From an archaeon UBA543 (lineage in GTDB: Archaea; Undinarchaeota; Undinarchaeia; Undinarchaeales; UBA543), in assembly GCA_002502135.1 (NCBI GenBank), contig DAPM01000005.1, positions 1 through 59,598 on the forward strand: DNA of 59,598 nt. The letters are read 5' to 3'. The translations under genes and the position numbers were made by a program. The notes below the pieces were generated by a model. It was not told where the DNA came from. It made no database searches and saw nothing but the letters and a program-made list of their open reading frames with translations. Within the stretch, counting starts at the first letter, position 1, and each line of letters starts with the position of its first letter. Below, piece after piece: positions 33,502 to 42,132 of the stretch.

Positions 33502-33593
33502 AAAAATAATAATGAAAAACGTTATGTAGAGAACCATTTTCTTAGCCCCATTGCCCCCTACTTGCCTAGCCCCCTTAACCAAAATAACCTATT

Positions 33594-33611
33594 CTATACA
33601 GGTGTATAGAC
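33594..33611. repeat. right terminal inverted repeat of the island
   Basis: CTATACAGGTGTATAGAC is the exact reverse complement of 29711-29728. Confidence 0.85.
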
Positions 33612-33615
33612 GACC

Positions 33616-34662
33616 CTATTTTCTTAACTCTTCAAGTATAGATTCCTTAGCTTCAGTTATCCTGACAAATTCTTTTATCTTCGCCTCATAATCTTCATCT
33701 GTATGGGAATAATCAGTCGCTCCTCTATCTATTGCAATTTTGTAAAACGCCTTCTTTACTTCTCTGGCGCTTGCTCCTGGTTCCAACCCAAGAAGCTCAT
33801 ATCTTTCATCTGTTTCTGCCCACTTAACTGTTGGGACTTCCTTTTCCCACTCAGGTTCCTCAACAATCCTCGGCCCTTTCTTCGGCGTCTTCACTTCACC
33901 AACAACCTTAGGTCCTTTCCTCTCCAACTTTTTCTCAATCTCTTCCAGCATTTTATTTAATTCATCTGCAAGATTCGGGTTTGCCTTAATGGCTTTTTCA
34001 CAACATTCTTTGGCCTTCGCATACTCCTTTCCCTCATAATACACCTCCGCAGCCTTCTTGTAAGCGTTTCCAATAAAAACATGGCTCTCTATCTCGACTT
34101 TCGCTTTCTTCCCACCCATTCTAATAATATTCTGCAACCTTTCTATCTCTCCCTCATATTTCTTTTTAACATTTTTATCCAGTTTGATTGCTGTCTCATA
34201 ACGAAGCAATGCAGTGTCGTATTCTCCCAAATTTTCAAAAAATTCAGCAGCGAGAACATAACGTATACTTTGGAGTTGCGGTTCTCCTTCACAAGCTGCA
34301 ATCGCAAGTCTCACGTATTTTACTCCCTTTCTGAAAAAATATTTTTTCTTCCAATCTGATGGCGCCAACTTCCCACGATCAAGATATGTTTTAGCTATCG
34401 CATACAATGCTGCCATTGATTTACTATCAATTTTTAATGCTTCCACAAAACAGTTCTTTGCCTCTTTGAATCGCCCAGCTTTCATATGTGCGTTTCCATC
34501 TTTTATGTAGCCGAGCCCCCTCATTTTCCTACGCGCCGCTTTCCCAACCCTTGCTCTTTTTTTCCTAAAGAAATTACCTTTCATATCACTTACATGTCCT
34601 AACTCCTTTTTATACATATCTCCCAATAACCTTAAAAGCCACCACCCACTACCTCCCTTCAT
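33616..34662 (-). CDS. TPR-repeat protein with degenerate C-terminal J-like domain
   Basis: 348 aa with several TPR-like repeats. The C-terminus YELLGLEPGASAREVKKAFYKIAI resembles a J-domain helix but lacks HPD. The true start is probably internal. Confidence 0.55.
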   Translation of the reverse strand: MKGGSGWWLLRLLGDMYKKELGHVSDMKGNFFRKKRARVGKAARRKMRGLGYIKDGNAHMKAGRFKEAKNCFVEALKIDSKSMAALYAIAKTYLDRGKLAPSDWKKKYFFRKGVKYVRLAIAACEGEPQLQSIRYVLAAEFFENLGEYDTALLRYETAIKLDKNVKKKYEGEIERLQNIIRMGGKKAKVEIESHVFIGNAYKKAAEVYYEGKEYAKAKECCEKAIKANPNLADELNKMLEEIEKKLERKGPKVVGEVKTPKKGPRIVEEPEWEKEVPTVKWAETDERYELLGLEPGASAREVKKAFYKIAIDRGATDYSHTDEDYEAKIKEFVRITEAKESILEELRK

Positions 34663-35272
34663 GCCAGATCCACGACTTATAGCCTATGTCAAACAAAACC
34701 TACAACTCGGCTACACTGAAGAACAGCTCCGCAAGACACTGGTTTCAGCCGGCTACAATGTCAGAATAATCGACGATGCAATTGACACAGTGCTCCGCCC
34801 ACAAGAACTAAAACCAATCCAACCAGCCCCAGCCCAAGAGGAACAACAGTCTGGCTTTTTCGACAGAGTTCCAATCTGGATGGTTGCTTCTGCAATCGGC
34901 GGAGTCTTTTTACTTGTAATCATAATCGTACTTATCCTGCCTTCAGGAAGCGGCCCATCCGGCCTCATGTCCCAGGAAGGAATCAAGATCTCTGCTTACG
35001 ATTTCTCGTGCGCAGGACCAGCATCCTCACTCACAATCACTGTCAAAAACGAGCGCGATGAAACAATTTCCGATATCCAACTCTTCAAGGGAGATGCATT
35101 CCAACAAGGCCAGCTCATCTCATCACTTGAATCTGGCGCATCCTCAATATATTCCTATGAATCAATCAACTGCATGGACTGGCTCGGCGAGAAAACTATA
35201 AAAATCGTTTCCAACAAGGCAACAGCAGAAGGCAGTATCAAATTCACCTGCTCATCTGGGGCATGCACATAA
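34661..35272 (+). CDS. single-pass membrane protein, hypothetical
   Basis: 203 aa. Small N-terminal helical domain, Pro/Gln linker, one TM helix, and a Cys-containing ectodomain. Confidence 0.5.
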   Translation: MPDPRLIAYVKQNLQLGYTEEQLRKTLVSAGYNVRIIDDAIDTVLRPQELKPIQPAPAQEEQQSGFFDRVPIWMVASAIGGVFLLVIIIVLILPSGSGPSGLMSQEGIKISAYDFSCAGPASSLTITVKNERDETISDIQLFKGDAFQQGQLISSLESGASSIYSYESINCMDWLGEKTIKIVSNKATAEGSIKFTCSSGACT

Positions 35273-35277
35273 TATCA

Positions 35278-35307
35278 GGCATTAGGCTTTAGGCGTTGGG
35301 CATTAGG
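35278..35307. repeat. heptamer array GGC(A/T/G)TT(A/G)
   Basis: GGCATTA GGCTTTA GGCGTTG GGCATTA GG, followed by complementary CCTAACGCCTAA that can form a hairpin. Lies just after a stop codon. Confidence 0.7.
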
Positions 35308-35392
35308 TAACAGAACCTAACGCCTAACACCCACTCAAACAACTCAATCAAAACAAAACGCCCAATGCCTTTCACAAACAGGACAAACAAAA

Positions 35393-36439
35393 ATGGACAA
35401 TTTACTAAAAAAACTTTCAGAAGCACCCAGCATTTCCGGCTACGAGGAAAATGTTGGTAAAATCATCAAAGCTGAGCTAAAAGGCAAGGTTGATGAAATC
35501 CGAGAGGACTCTTTCGGTAACATCATAACAAGAAAAGGCTCAGGCAAAACCCGCATCATGCTCGCTGCCCACATGGATGAAGTTGGTTTAATTGTAAAAC
35601 TCATTGACGACAACGGCTTCATTAAATTCGCCAGAGTCGGCGGACTCGATAATCAGGTAATTCTTTGCCAGAGAGTTCATGTCCACACCCGCAAAGGAGT
35701 TCTCCTCGGTGTTCTCGGCGCAAAACCAGTTCACATGATGAAAGAGGAAGAATCAAAAATGGCAATCAAGCCAGAAGCAATGTTCATTGACCTCGGCTTC
35801 AAGGACAAAAAAGCAGTTGAATCTGCAGGAGTCAAAATCGGCGACTGGATTAGCTTTGACCGAGATACAGTAAAATGCGGAACCAGAATAACCGGAAAAG
35901 CATTTGACAACAGAATCGGCTGCGCAGTCCTGATTGAACTTATGAAAAAGATCACACCAAAATGCGAAGTTTACGGAGTTTTCACAGCACAGGAAGAAAC
36001 CGGACTTAAAGGCGCTCGCGTTTCAGCATTCGGAATAGACCCACACATTGCATTAGCAATTGACACTGACTTAGTCGGAGACACCCCAGGCCTAACAGCT
36101 GAGGATTGCAATGCAAGTCTTGGCAAAGGACCAGCAATCACAATTTCAGATGGCGGGCGAGACGGCTCAACTGGTGCAGGATTAATGACCAGCCGAAAAA
36201 TAATTGACTGGCTGGAAGACTCTGCAAAAAAAGCAAAAATCAAATACCAGCTACTGGTTTCATCAGGCGGAACAACAGATGCAACAATCATTGCGCTCAA
36301 CCGCTCAGGTGTCCCAACCGGCACGCTCGGCATTCCAACCCGTTACTTGCACACCCCAGTCCAAGTCCTTGACCTCGACGATGCAAAAGACATGGTAAAA
36401 TTAGTTGAGTCAGCTGTTAATAACTTACCAAATTTGTGA
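35393..36439 (+). CDS. M42-family aminopeptidase (TET/FrvX-like)
   Basis: 348 aa. SISGYEENV and LAAHMDEVGL match the M42 signature layout. Confidence 0.8.
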   Translation: MDNLLKKLSEAPSISGYEENVGKIIKAELKGKVDEIREDSFGNIITRKGSGKTRIMLAAHMDEVGLIVKLIDDNGFIKFARVGGLDNQVILCQRVHVHTRKGVLLGVLGAKPVHMMKEEESKMAIKPEAMFIDLGFKDKKAVESAGVKIGDWISFDRDTVKCGTRITGKAFDNRIGCAVLIELMKKITPKCEVYGVFTAQEETGLKGARVSAFGIDPHIALAIDTDLVGDTPGLTAEDCNASLGKGPAITISDGGRDGSTGAGLMTSRKIIDWLEDSAKKAKIKYQLLVSSGGTTDATIIALNRSGVPTGTLGIPTRYLHTPVQVLDLDDAKDMVKLVESAVNNLPNL

Positions 36440-36520
36440 AGGGGCACCGGTGAGCCGCAGGACTGGAGCACAGAAACTCAACACGGCGCCCCCGCGCCCC
36501 GGTTCCACGGCGCTCCTTGA
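36438..36520 (+). other. GC-rich island with hairpin potential (candidate small RNA or structured 5' leader)
   Basis: An ~80-nt stretch far more G+C-rich than its surroundings. Possible pairings are GGGGCACCGGTG with CACGGCGCCCC, and GCGCC-N10-GGCGC. Confidence 0.3.
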
Positions 36521-36524
36521 ACAA

Positions 36525-36755
36525 ATGGAAACAAACAAATACATAACATACGCCGGAATTTTTCTGATAGCTCTAATCCTCTTAGCAGGAGTTTTTGTCT
36601 ATTTCGGAACCCCACCAGAACAGCGCTCAGACTTTTTCGAACCCAAAAGCGTGTGCGTTTGCATGAATCCTGAAACAAACACAGTCTACACAGATTGCGA
36701 GTGCACATATCTCGGTATCGACTCAACCTTCAAAGTGGAAATAGAAATCGAGTAA
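36525..36755 (+). CDS. small signal-anchored Cys-containing protein (conserved N-terminal anchor family)
   Basis: Start set at the ATG at 36525. METNKYITYAGIFLIALILLAGVFVYFG is paralogous to the N-termini at 57963 and 59560. Confidence 0.55.
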   Translation: METNKYITYAGIFLIALILLAGVFVYFGTPPEQRSDFFEPKSVCVCMNPETNTVYTDCECTYLGIDSTFKVEIEIE

Positions 36756-36795
36756 TCAAAGAACTTAAAAACATCATTATCTCATCTTATCCAGC

Positions 36796-38073
36796 ATGAT
36801 AGACATCAAACTACTTCGTGAAAATCCTGAAATTATCAAGGACTCTCAGCGAAAGCGCGGTGCAGATTTGAAAACAATCGACCATGTGATTAGCCTTGAC
36901 AAAAAATGGCGAGACGAAGCAAAACAACTAGACGGGCTAAAACATGAGCGCAACCAGTGCAATGAGGAAATCGCCAGATTAAAAAAATCAAAAAAAGATG
37001 CATCAGCCAAAATCAAGAGCATGCAGAAGCTCGCAAAGAAAATTTCAAAACTAGAACAAGAAACAGAAAACACAATCCAAGCCAGAAATGACATGCTCTC
37101 CAGAATCCCAAACATCCTCCACGACTCAGTCCCACCTGGAGAAACAGAACAGGACTCAGTCCCACTCAAACACTGGGGCAAAAAACCAGTTTTCAAATTC
37201 AAACCACAGTCTCATGTCGACCTTGGCCTGTCTTGTGATATTTTCGATATAGAACGCGCAGCAAAAACATCAGGTGCCCGATTCTACTTTATGAAAAATG
37301 CAGGAGTCCAGCTTGAACTTGCACTTGTCAACTACACAATGGATTACCTCCGAAAAGCCGGCTTCACTTTAACAATTCCGCCAAACTTAGTCCGAAAACG
37401 AATGATGTATGGCTCCGGAATGCTCCCACTTTACCAGGACGAAATCTACAAAATCCAGGACGAAGACTTATACCTCATCCTAACTAGCGAGCACGCACTC
37501 TGCGGACTGCATTCTGATGAAGTTTTAGAAAAAGAACAGCTCCCGCTCCGCTACTGCGGACTTTCACAATGCTACAGAACAGAAGCAGGGGCACACGGCC
37601 GGGATCAGAAAGGGATTTTCCGGGTTCACCAATTCGAAAAAGTGGAAATGTTTAGTTTTTCAACTCCTGAAAAGTCTTGGGAAGAGCACGACCTTCTCTT
37701 GAAGCACGCCGAAAAACTAATCCAAAATCTAAAACTCCCATATCGAGTCACAAATATCTGCACAGCTGACATCGGAACAACTGCTGCAAAGAAATACGAC
37801 ATAGAAGTCTGGTTCCCTGGCCAAGAAGCATACCGCGAGCTCATCAGCTGTTCAAACTGCACTGATTACCAAGCCCGCAGACTAAACACCCGCTACCACG
37901 ACCCAAACAGCGAAAAACCACTTCACGTCCACACTCTCAACTCAACTGCAATGCCTATGAGCAGAGCCATAGTCGCAATAATGGAGAATTACCAAACTTC
38001 AAAAGGCTCAATAAAAATTCCTAAAGTGCTCCAGCCGTACATGGGCGGGCTAAAGGAGATCACTCCAAAGTAA
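36796..38073 (+). CDS. serS: seryl-tRNA synthetase
   Basis: 425 aa. N-terminal coiled coil, FRVHQFEKVEMF (motif 2 region) and SCSNCTDYQARRL are typical of SerRS. Confidence 0.9.
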   Translation: MIDIKLLRENPEIIKDSQRKRGADLKTIDHVISLDKKWRDEAKQLDGLKHERNQCNEEIARLKKSKKDASAKIKSMQKLAKKISKLEQETENTIQARNDMLSRIPNILHDSVPPGETEQDSVPLKHWGKKPVFKFKPQSHVDLGLSCDIFDIERAAKTSGARFYFMKNAGVQLELALVNYTMDYLRKAGFTLTIPPNLVRKRMMYGSGMLPLYQDEIYKIQDEDLYLILTSEHALCGLHSDEVLEKEQLPLRYCGLSQCYRTEAGAHGRDQKGIFRVHQFEKVEMFSFSTPEKSWEEHDLLLKHAEKLIQNLKLPYRVTNICTADIGTTAAKKYDIEVWFPGQEAYRELISCSNCTDYQARRLNTRYHDPNSEKPLHVHTLNSTAMPMSRAIVAIMENYQTSKGSIKIPKVLQPYMGGLKEITPK

Positions 38074-38074
38074 A

Positions 38075-38953
38075 ATGGATGTTTTTCGCTTAACAGCACC
38101 TGCAATTATTCTTTCACTTATTGCCGGCCTTCTTTTTCCAGGTTTTAAAATCCTTTCACCAACAATAATCCCATTTATCGGTTTCCTAATTTTCGTCTCC
38201 AGCCTCAGCATTAACCTCGGAAACCTTCAAGACTCCTTGAAAAAACCAAAACCATACCTTACCCTCTTCCTAATCCTCTTCCTCCTCCAACCACTTGCAA
38301 CCTATTTCATAGCTCGAATTTTCATCACAAACCCACTAATCCTCGCAGGACTAGTTTTAGCAGCATCTGCGCCAGCTCCAGCAGCTCTCATCTACTGGAC
38401 CCGCGCAGTCAAAGGTCACATCGCACTTGCAATTTCCTTCACAGCACTCTCCCACCTACTTTCCCCAATAGTCACCCCACTTCTTTCCTACTACCTTCTC
38501 GGCGCCTACATCACAGTTCCAGTAATGAGTATTGCAAAAACACTCGGCTTAACGATAATAATTCCGCTCGCACTTGCATTAATCCTCCAAAAAGTCAAAA
38601 ACATTGAAAAAATCTCAGCCCCAGTCTCAATTCCAGTTTACTTCCTCTTGCTCGCAACAGTAGTAGCCCGCTCAGTGCCTGCACTTTCAAATACTTCAAA
38701 CCTACTTGTAGTCGGCATAATGGTATTTTTCCAATGCGTATTCAGCTTCACACTTGCCTGGTTCTTTTCCAGAAAATGGGAACAGCGAGACCGAGAACCA
38801 CTAATAATGGGCACAGTTGTCCGCAATAATGTTTTGCTAATGGCAATAGCGTTCGCAGTTTTCGGAGAACTTGCAGCACTTCCTTGCGTGGTTGGCTTCT
38901 TTATGCAATTAGTATTTGTTTCAATTTATTTGTATATTAAAAAACAAAACTGA
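38075..38953 (+). CDS. bile acid:sodium symporter (BASS/SBF) family transporter
   Basis: 292 aa and polytopic. LAASAPAPAALIYWTRAVKG and LLSPIVTPLL resemble the SBF pattern. Confidence 0.6.
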   Translation: MDVFRLTAPAIILSLIAGLLFPGFKILSPTIIPFIGFLIFVSSLSINLGNLQDSLKKPKPYLTLFLILFLLQPLATYFIARIFITNPLILAGLVLAASAPAPAALIYWTRAVKGHIALAISFTALSHLLSPIVTPLLSYYLLGAYITVPVMSIAKTLGLTIIIPLALALILQKVKNIEKISAPVSIPVYFLLLATVVARSVPALSNTSNLLVVGIMVFFQCVFSFTLAWFFSRKWEQRDREPLIMGTVVRNNVLLMAIAFAVFGELAALPCVVGFFMQLVFVSIYLYIKKQN

Positions 38954-39001
38954 ACCCGTTTTTCCAAAACCTAATAAACCCCTAACGCTGTCTTTTTTCT
39001 T

Positions 39002-40054
39002 ATGACAGAACTGTTAATGACGCCCGGCCCAACACTAGTTCCTTTGGAAATTAGGGGAGCCATGTCAAAACCTGTAATTCATCACCGCACTCCCGAGTTT
39101 AATGATTTATATTTTGAAACAGTAGACAGGCTCAAGCGTGTTTTCAAAACACAGAACGACACTTTCATTATAGCTGGCTCAGGAACCTCCTGCATGGATG
39201 CTGCAATCTGCAACACAATCAAACCAGGGGACAAAGTCCTATCACTAGTCTCTGGAAAATTCTCAGAACGTTTTGCAGACATTGCAAAAACATACGGAGC
39301 AAATGTAACAATCATAGAAGCTGACTGGGGACGCGCATTCGACCCTGAGCTGGTAAAAAAAGCACTCACCCCAGACACAAAACTCCTAACAATGGTTTAC
39401 AATGAAACTTCAACAGGAGTTCGCAACAACATCCAACCAATTTCCGACTTGCTCAAAGGCACAGAAACCCTCCTTCTTGTTGATGCAATATCTGCACTTG
39501 GTGGAGATGAATTCGAAACCGACAAATGGGGAGTAGACTTGTGCATTGCCGGATCCCAAAAATGCTTTGCAGCAGCAACTGGTCTCGGATTCATTACAGT
39601 CTCTCAAAAAGCATGGAAAATAATTGAAAATAACCCAACACCACGCTACTACTTAGACCTCCGCAAGTACAAAGGAGCAAAACCAACCCCATTCTCAACT
39701 CCAGTAACCTCTATTTACGGTTTGAGTGCAGCTCTAGACCTAATTGCAATCGAAAAACTAGAGAACCGCATAAAAAGGCATGCTGAGAACGCCAAACTAT
39801 GCAGAGAAGGGGTGAAAAAGCTTGGTTTCGAGCTCTTACCAGAGTCTGAAGACATCTGTTCCAACACCCTCACAGCAGTAAAATCTGACAATGCAACTGA
39901 AATAATCAAAAAAATACTTGAAAATCACAATATTCGAATCGCAGGAGCACAGGATCACCTTAAAGGAAAGGTTTTCAGAATCGGCCACATGGGCGAAATC
40001 ACAAAAGAGCATGTTGAAAAAACTTTAGCAGCACTCGAGGACGCAATAAAATGA
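39002..40054 (+). CDS. class V aminotransferase (serine-glyoxylate / phosphoserine aminotransferase-like)
   Basis: 350 aa. N-terminus MTPGPT, then GSGTSCMDAA and SQK (PLP-lysine context). Overlaps the downstream dehydrogenase by 4 nt. Confidence 0.75.
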   Translation: MTELLMTPGPTLVPLEIRGAMSKPVIHHRTPEFNDLYFETVDRLKRVFKTQNDTFIIAGSGTSCMDAAICNTIKPGDKVLSLVSGKFSERFADIAKTYGANVTIIEADWGRAFDPELVKKALTPDTKLLTMVYNETSTGVRNNIQPISDLLKGTETLLLVDAISALGGDEFETDKWGVDLCIAGSQKCFAAATGLGFITVSQKAWKIIENNPTPRYYLDLRKYKGAKPTPFSTPVTSIYGLSAALDLIAIEKLENRIKRHAENAKLCREGVKKLGFELLPESEDICSNTLTAVKSDNATEIIKKILENHNIRIAGAQDHLKGKVFRIGHMGEITKEHVEKTLAALEDAIK

Positions 40055-40956
40055 AAATAACAGCAACAGACCCAATCAGCGACACTTGCAAAGCAGAATT
40101 GCAGAAAATCTGTGACTTCACAGACCTTTCCGAAGTTCCAAAAGAAGAACTTCCAACAAAACTCTCTGATTTTGAAGCAATTATAGTCCGAAGCAAAACA
40201 AAAGCAACAAAAGAACTTATTGATTCAGCACCAAACCTAAAAGCAATAATCCGTGGTGGTGTCGGAATTGACAATATCGACTCTGAACACTGCAAATCAA
40301 AAAACATCAAAGTTCTCAACACCCCAGAAGCACCATCACTAGCAGTTGCAGAGCTCGCAGTTTCATTAATGCTCTCAATGCTCCGCAATGTCCCACGAGG
40401 AGATGCAACAACTAAAGACAATCAGTGGCTCAAAAAAGAATTGAAGGGTAGAGAGCTCAGTGGGAAAACCGTCGGAGTAGTCGGATTCGGCAGAATCGGC
40501 TATGAAGTTGGAAAATTCTTAACAGCATTCAACTGCAACATCTTAGTTGTAGATCCATTTGCAAATGAACGCCTAATCCAAGCAATCAATGGCAAGAAAG
40601 TAGAACTCAATGAACTCCTGCAAAAATCAGATATAATCACTTTCCATGTCCCATTACTCGATTCAACCCGTGGAATGATTGGCGCCGATCAATTCTCCAA
40701 AATGAAAAACGGAGTTCTTCTAGTAAACACCTCCCGCGGACCAGTAATAGATGAAAAAGCGCTATGCTCCGCCCTAAAATCAAACAAAGTAGCAATGGCT
40801 GCATTGGATGTCTACTGGGACAGAACTCCAGAAAAATCCTGCATAATGGAGCACAAAGACAAATTAATTTTAACTCCGCACATTGGAAGCGCAACTTATG
40901 AATCACAGGACCGGATTGGTGAGGAGATTGTAGAGTTAGTTAAGAAGCTAAAGTAA
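40051..40956 (+). CDS. serA: D-3-phosphoglycerate dehydrogenase-like D-2-hydroxyacid dehydrogenase
   Basis: 301 aa. NAD-binding GVVGFGRIG and a catalytic-region HIGS. Assigned to the serine pathway from its coupling to the aminotransferase. No ACT domain. Confidence 0.65.
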   Translation: MKITATDPISDTCKAELQKICDFTDLSEVPKEELPTKLSDFEAIIVRSKTKATKELIDSAPNLKAIIRGGVGIDNIDSEHCKSKNIKVLNTPEAPSLAVAELAVSLMLSMLRNVPRGDATTKDNQWLKKELKGRELSGKTVGVVGFGRIGYEVGKFLTAFNCNILVVDPFANERLIQAINGKKVELNELLQKSDIITFHVPLLDSTRGMIGADQFSKMKNGVLLVNTSRGPVIDEKALCSALKSNKVAMAALDVYWDRTPEKSCIMEHKDKLILTPHIGSATYESQDRIGEEIVELVKKLK

Positions 40957-40990
40957 ATTTATTTAAACTCTCATTACCACTATTCTTGGT

Positions 40991-41959
40991 ATGGGAAAAG
41001 GAATATCTGTCACACTCGGTGGAGGTGCTAGAGCAATAACTGCTGTACAGAGGCAGTTTGAAGCCGATGAAGCTGATTTTCATGATACTCTCGGGGCACT
41101 TAATTCAGAGATAACAGAATTAGAGAAAAAAATCATAGCAACCCGTGATAATAAAAAATATTTAAAATTACAGAAAGAAGCAACACATTTGCAACTTGAT
41201 GTTGAAGTATGTGAAAAGAAAAGAAAAGAAATCAAAAGCAGACACACCAGGGCTGATTATGAAATTCTTGACTTGTTAGCTACTTATTACACCACACTCA
41301 ACAAATACAGAGACCGACTTACTAATATTAAGAAGGACTTAGACGAATTCAAGGGGGATGAATTGATTTTAAAGGCAATATTTTCCTCCTTCCCAGAACT
41401 TTTTGAAAAAATTGAAAAAGCAACAAAAAAAGCAGACAACCTCCAAGACAGAGTAGAAATCTCTGATGACATAGCAAGTTGTATTAAAAAATTAAATTCT
41501 GCTCAAAATGCATTGGAAAAAAAATTCCTGGCAAAATATGAAAGCAGAAACTCTCTCATGATTCAGGACAAACTTTATATTTACATAGAGGAATTAGATG
41601 ACTATCTTGATAGATTTCAAAAACTCAAAAAAGAGCTTGTAGAAAGGACAGAGCAAGGAAGAAGAGAATCAATTCTCAGTATTTTGGATAGTATAACTCT
41701 TGATGTAGATTCTGTGCTTCCAGCGCCGGACATTGACAAGTTTTTCAAAAAAGCTAAGAGACACATGAATACTACAAACATGGGAGATATCATCTCCATT
41801 CTCACTGAATCCTTCCGTGTTATTTATTTCTTAACTGACCAGATAAAAACCGAACAAAGTATGCGTGGAAGCGCGCGCGTAACAACACGGCGCAGTCTCC
41901 GCAAGGCAAAAGGCTATCGAAACCATTATTCTGACTTACAAAACCAACTCATTTCATAA
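40991..41959 (+). CDS. coiled-coil protein, hypothetical
   Basis: 322 aa, Lys/Glu-rich and heptad-like throughout. Confidence 0.5.
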   Translation: MGKGISVTLGGGARAITAVQRQFEADEADFHDTLGALNSEITELEKKIIATRDNKKYLKLQKEATHLQLDVEVCEKKRKEIKSRHTRADYEILDLLATYYTTLNKYRDRLTNIKKDLDEFKGDELILKAIFSSFPELFEKIEKATKKADNLQDRVEISDDIASCIKKLNSAQNALEKKFLAKYESRNSLMIQDKLYIYIEELDDYLDRFQKLKKELVERTEQGRRESILSILDSITLDVDSVLPAPDIDKFFKKAKRHMNTTNMGDIISILTESFRVIYFLTDQIKTEQSMRGSARVTTRRSLRKAKGYRNHYSDLQNQLIS

Positions 41960-42045
41960 AAATAACTGTAGTGCAACACTCGCAGCATACCGATTTTATT
42001 CTGAACCCACTCAAACCACTAATTTTTTGCAGAGCAGTTTGTTCA

Positions 42046-42076
42046 GGGAGCCTGGGAGCCCAGGGGCCTAGGAGCC
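42046..42076. repeat. degenerate G-rich octamer array
   Basis: GGGAGCCT GGGAGCCCA GGGGCCTA GGAGCC, upstream of the topA TATA box. Confidence 0.55.
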
Positions 42077-42132
42077 TTGAAACCCTCTCCCCAAAATATA
42101 AAAGCAACCTCCAGGTTACTAAAAAAGAACCA

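Larger units (their letters stand above)
29711..33611. mobile_element. repeat-dense, tRNA-containing island bounded by 18-nt inverted repeats (candidate integrated plasmid/virus-like or non-autonomous element)
   Basis: Perfect 18-nt inverted repeats at both ends, iteron arrays, inward-facing CTCACAAA arrays, and only small wHTH or basic ORFs. No integrase or transposase recognised. Confidence 0.3.

Noticed and set aside
29705-33617. ACCCT as a firm target-site duplication
   Set aside because: It is only 5 nt long and offset by one base from each inverted repeat, so chance occurrence is plausible. I keep it as a caveat inside the island finding rather than as evidence.
34660-34663. Back-to-back divergent start codons sharing CATG (minus-strand gene start at 34662, plus-strand gene start at 34661)
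   Set aside because: This leaves no room for either promoter. The minus-strand TPR gene most likely starts at an internal ATG such as 34617, about 15-20 nt downstream of a TTTTAAGG element. I treat it as a start-assignment artefact, not biology.
41971-42132. 54-aa N-terminal extension of topA in the ORF track
   Set aside because: The extension covers the G-rich octamer array and a TATA box (AAAATATAAAAG). The Toprim domain begins right after the ATG at 42133.
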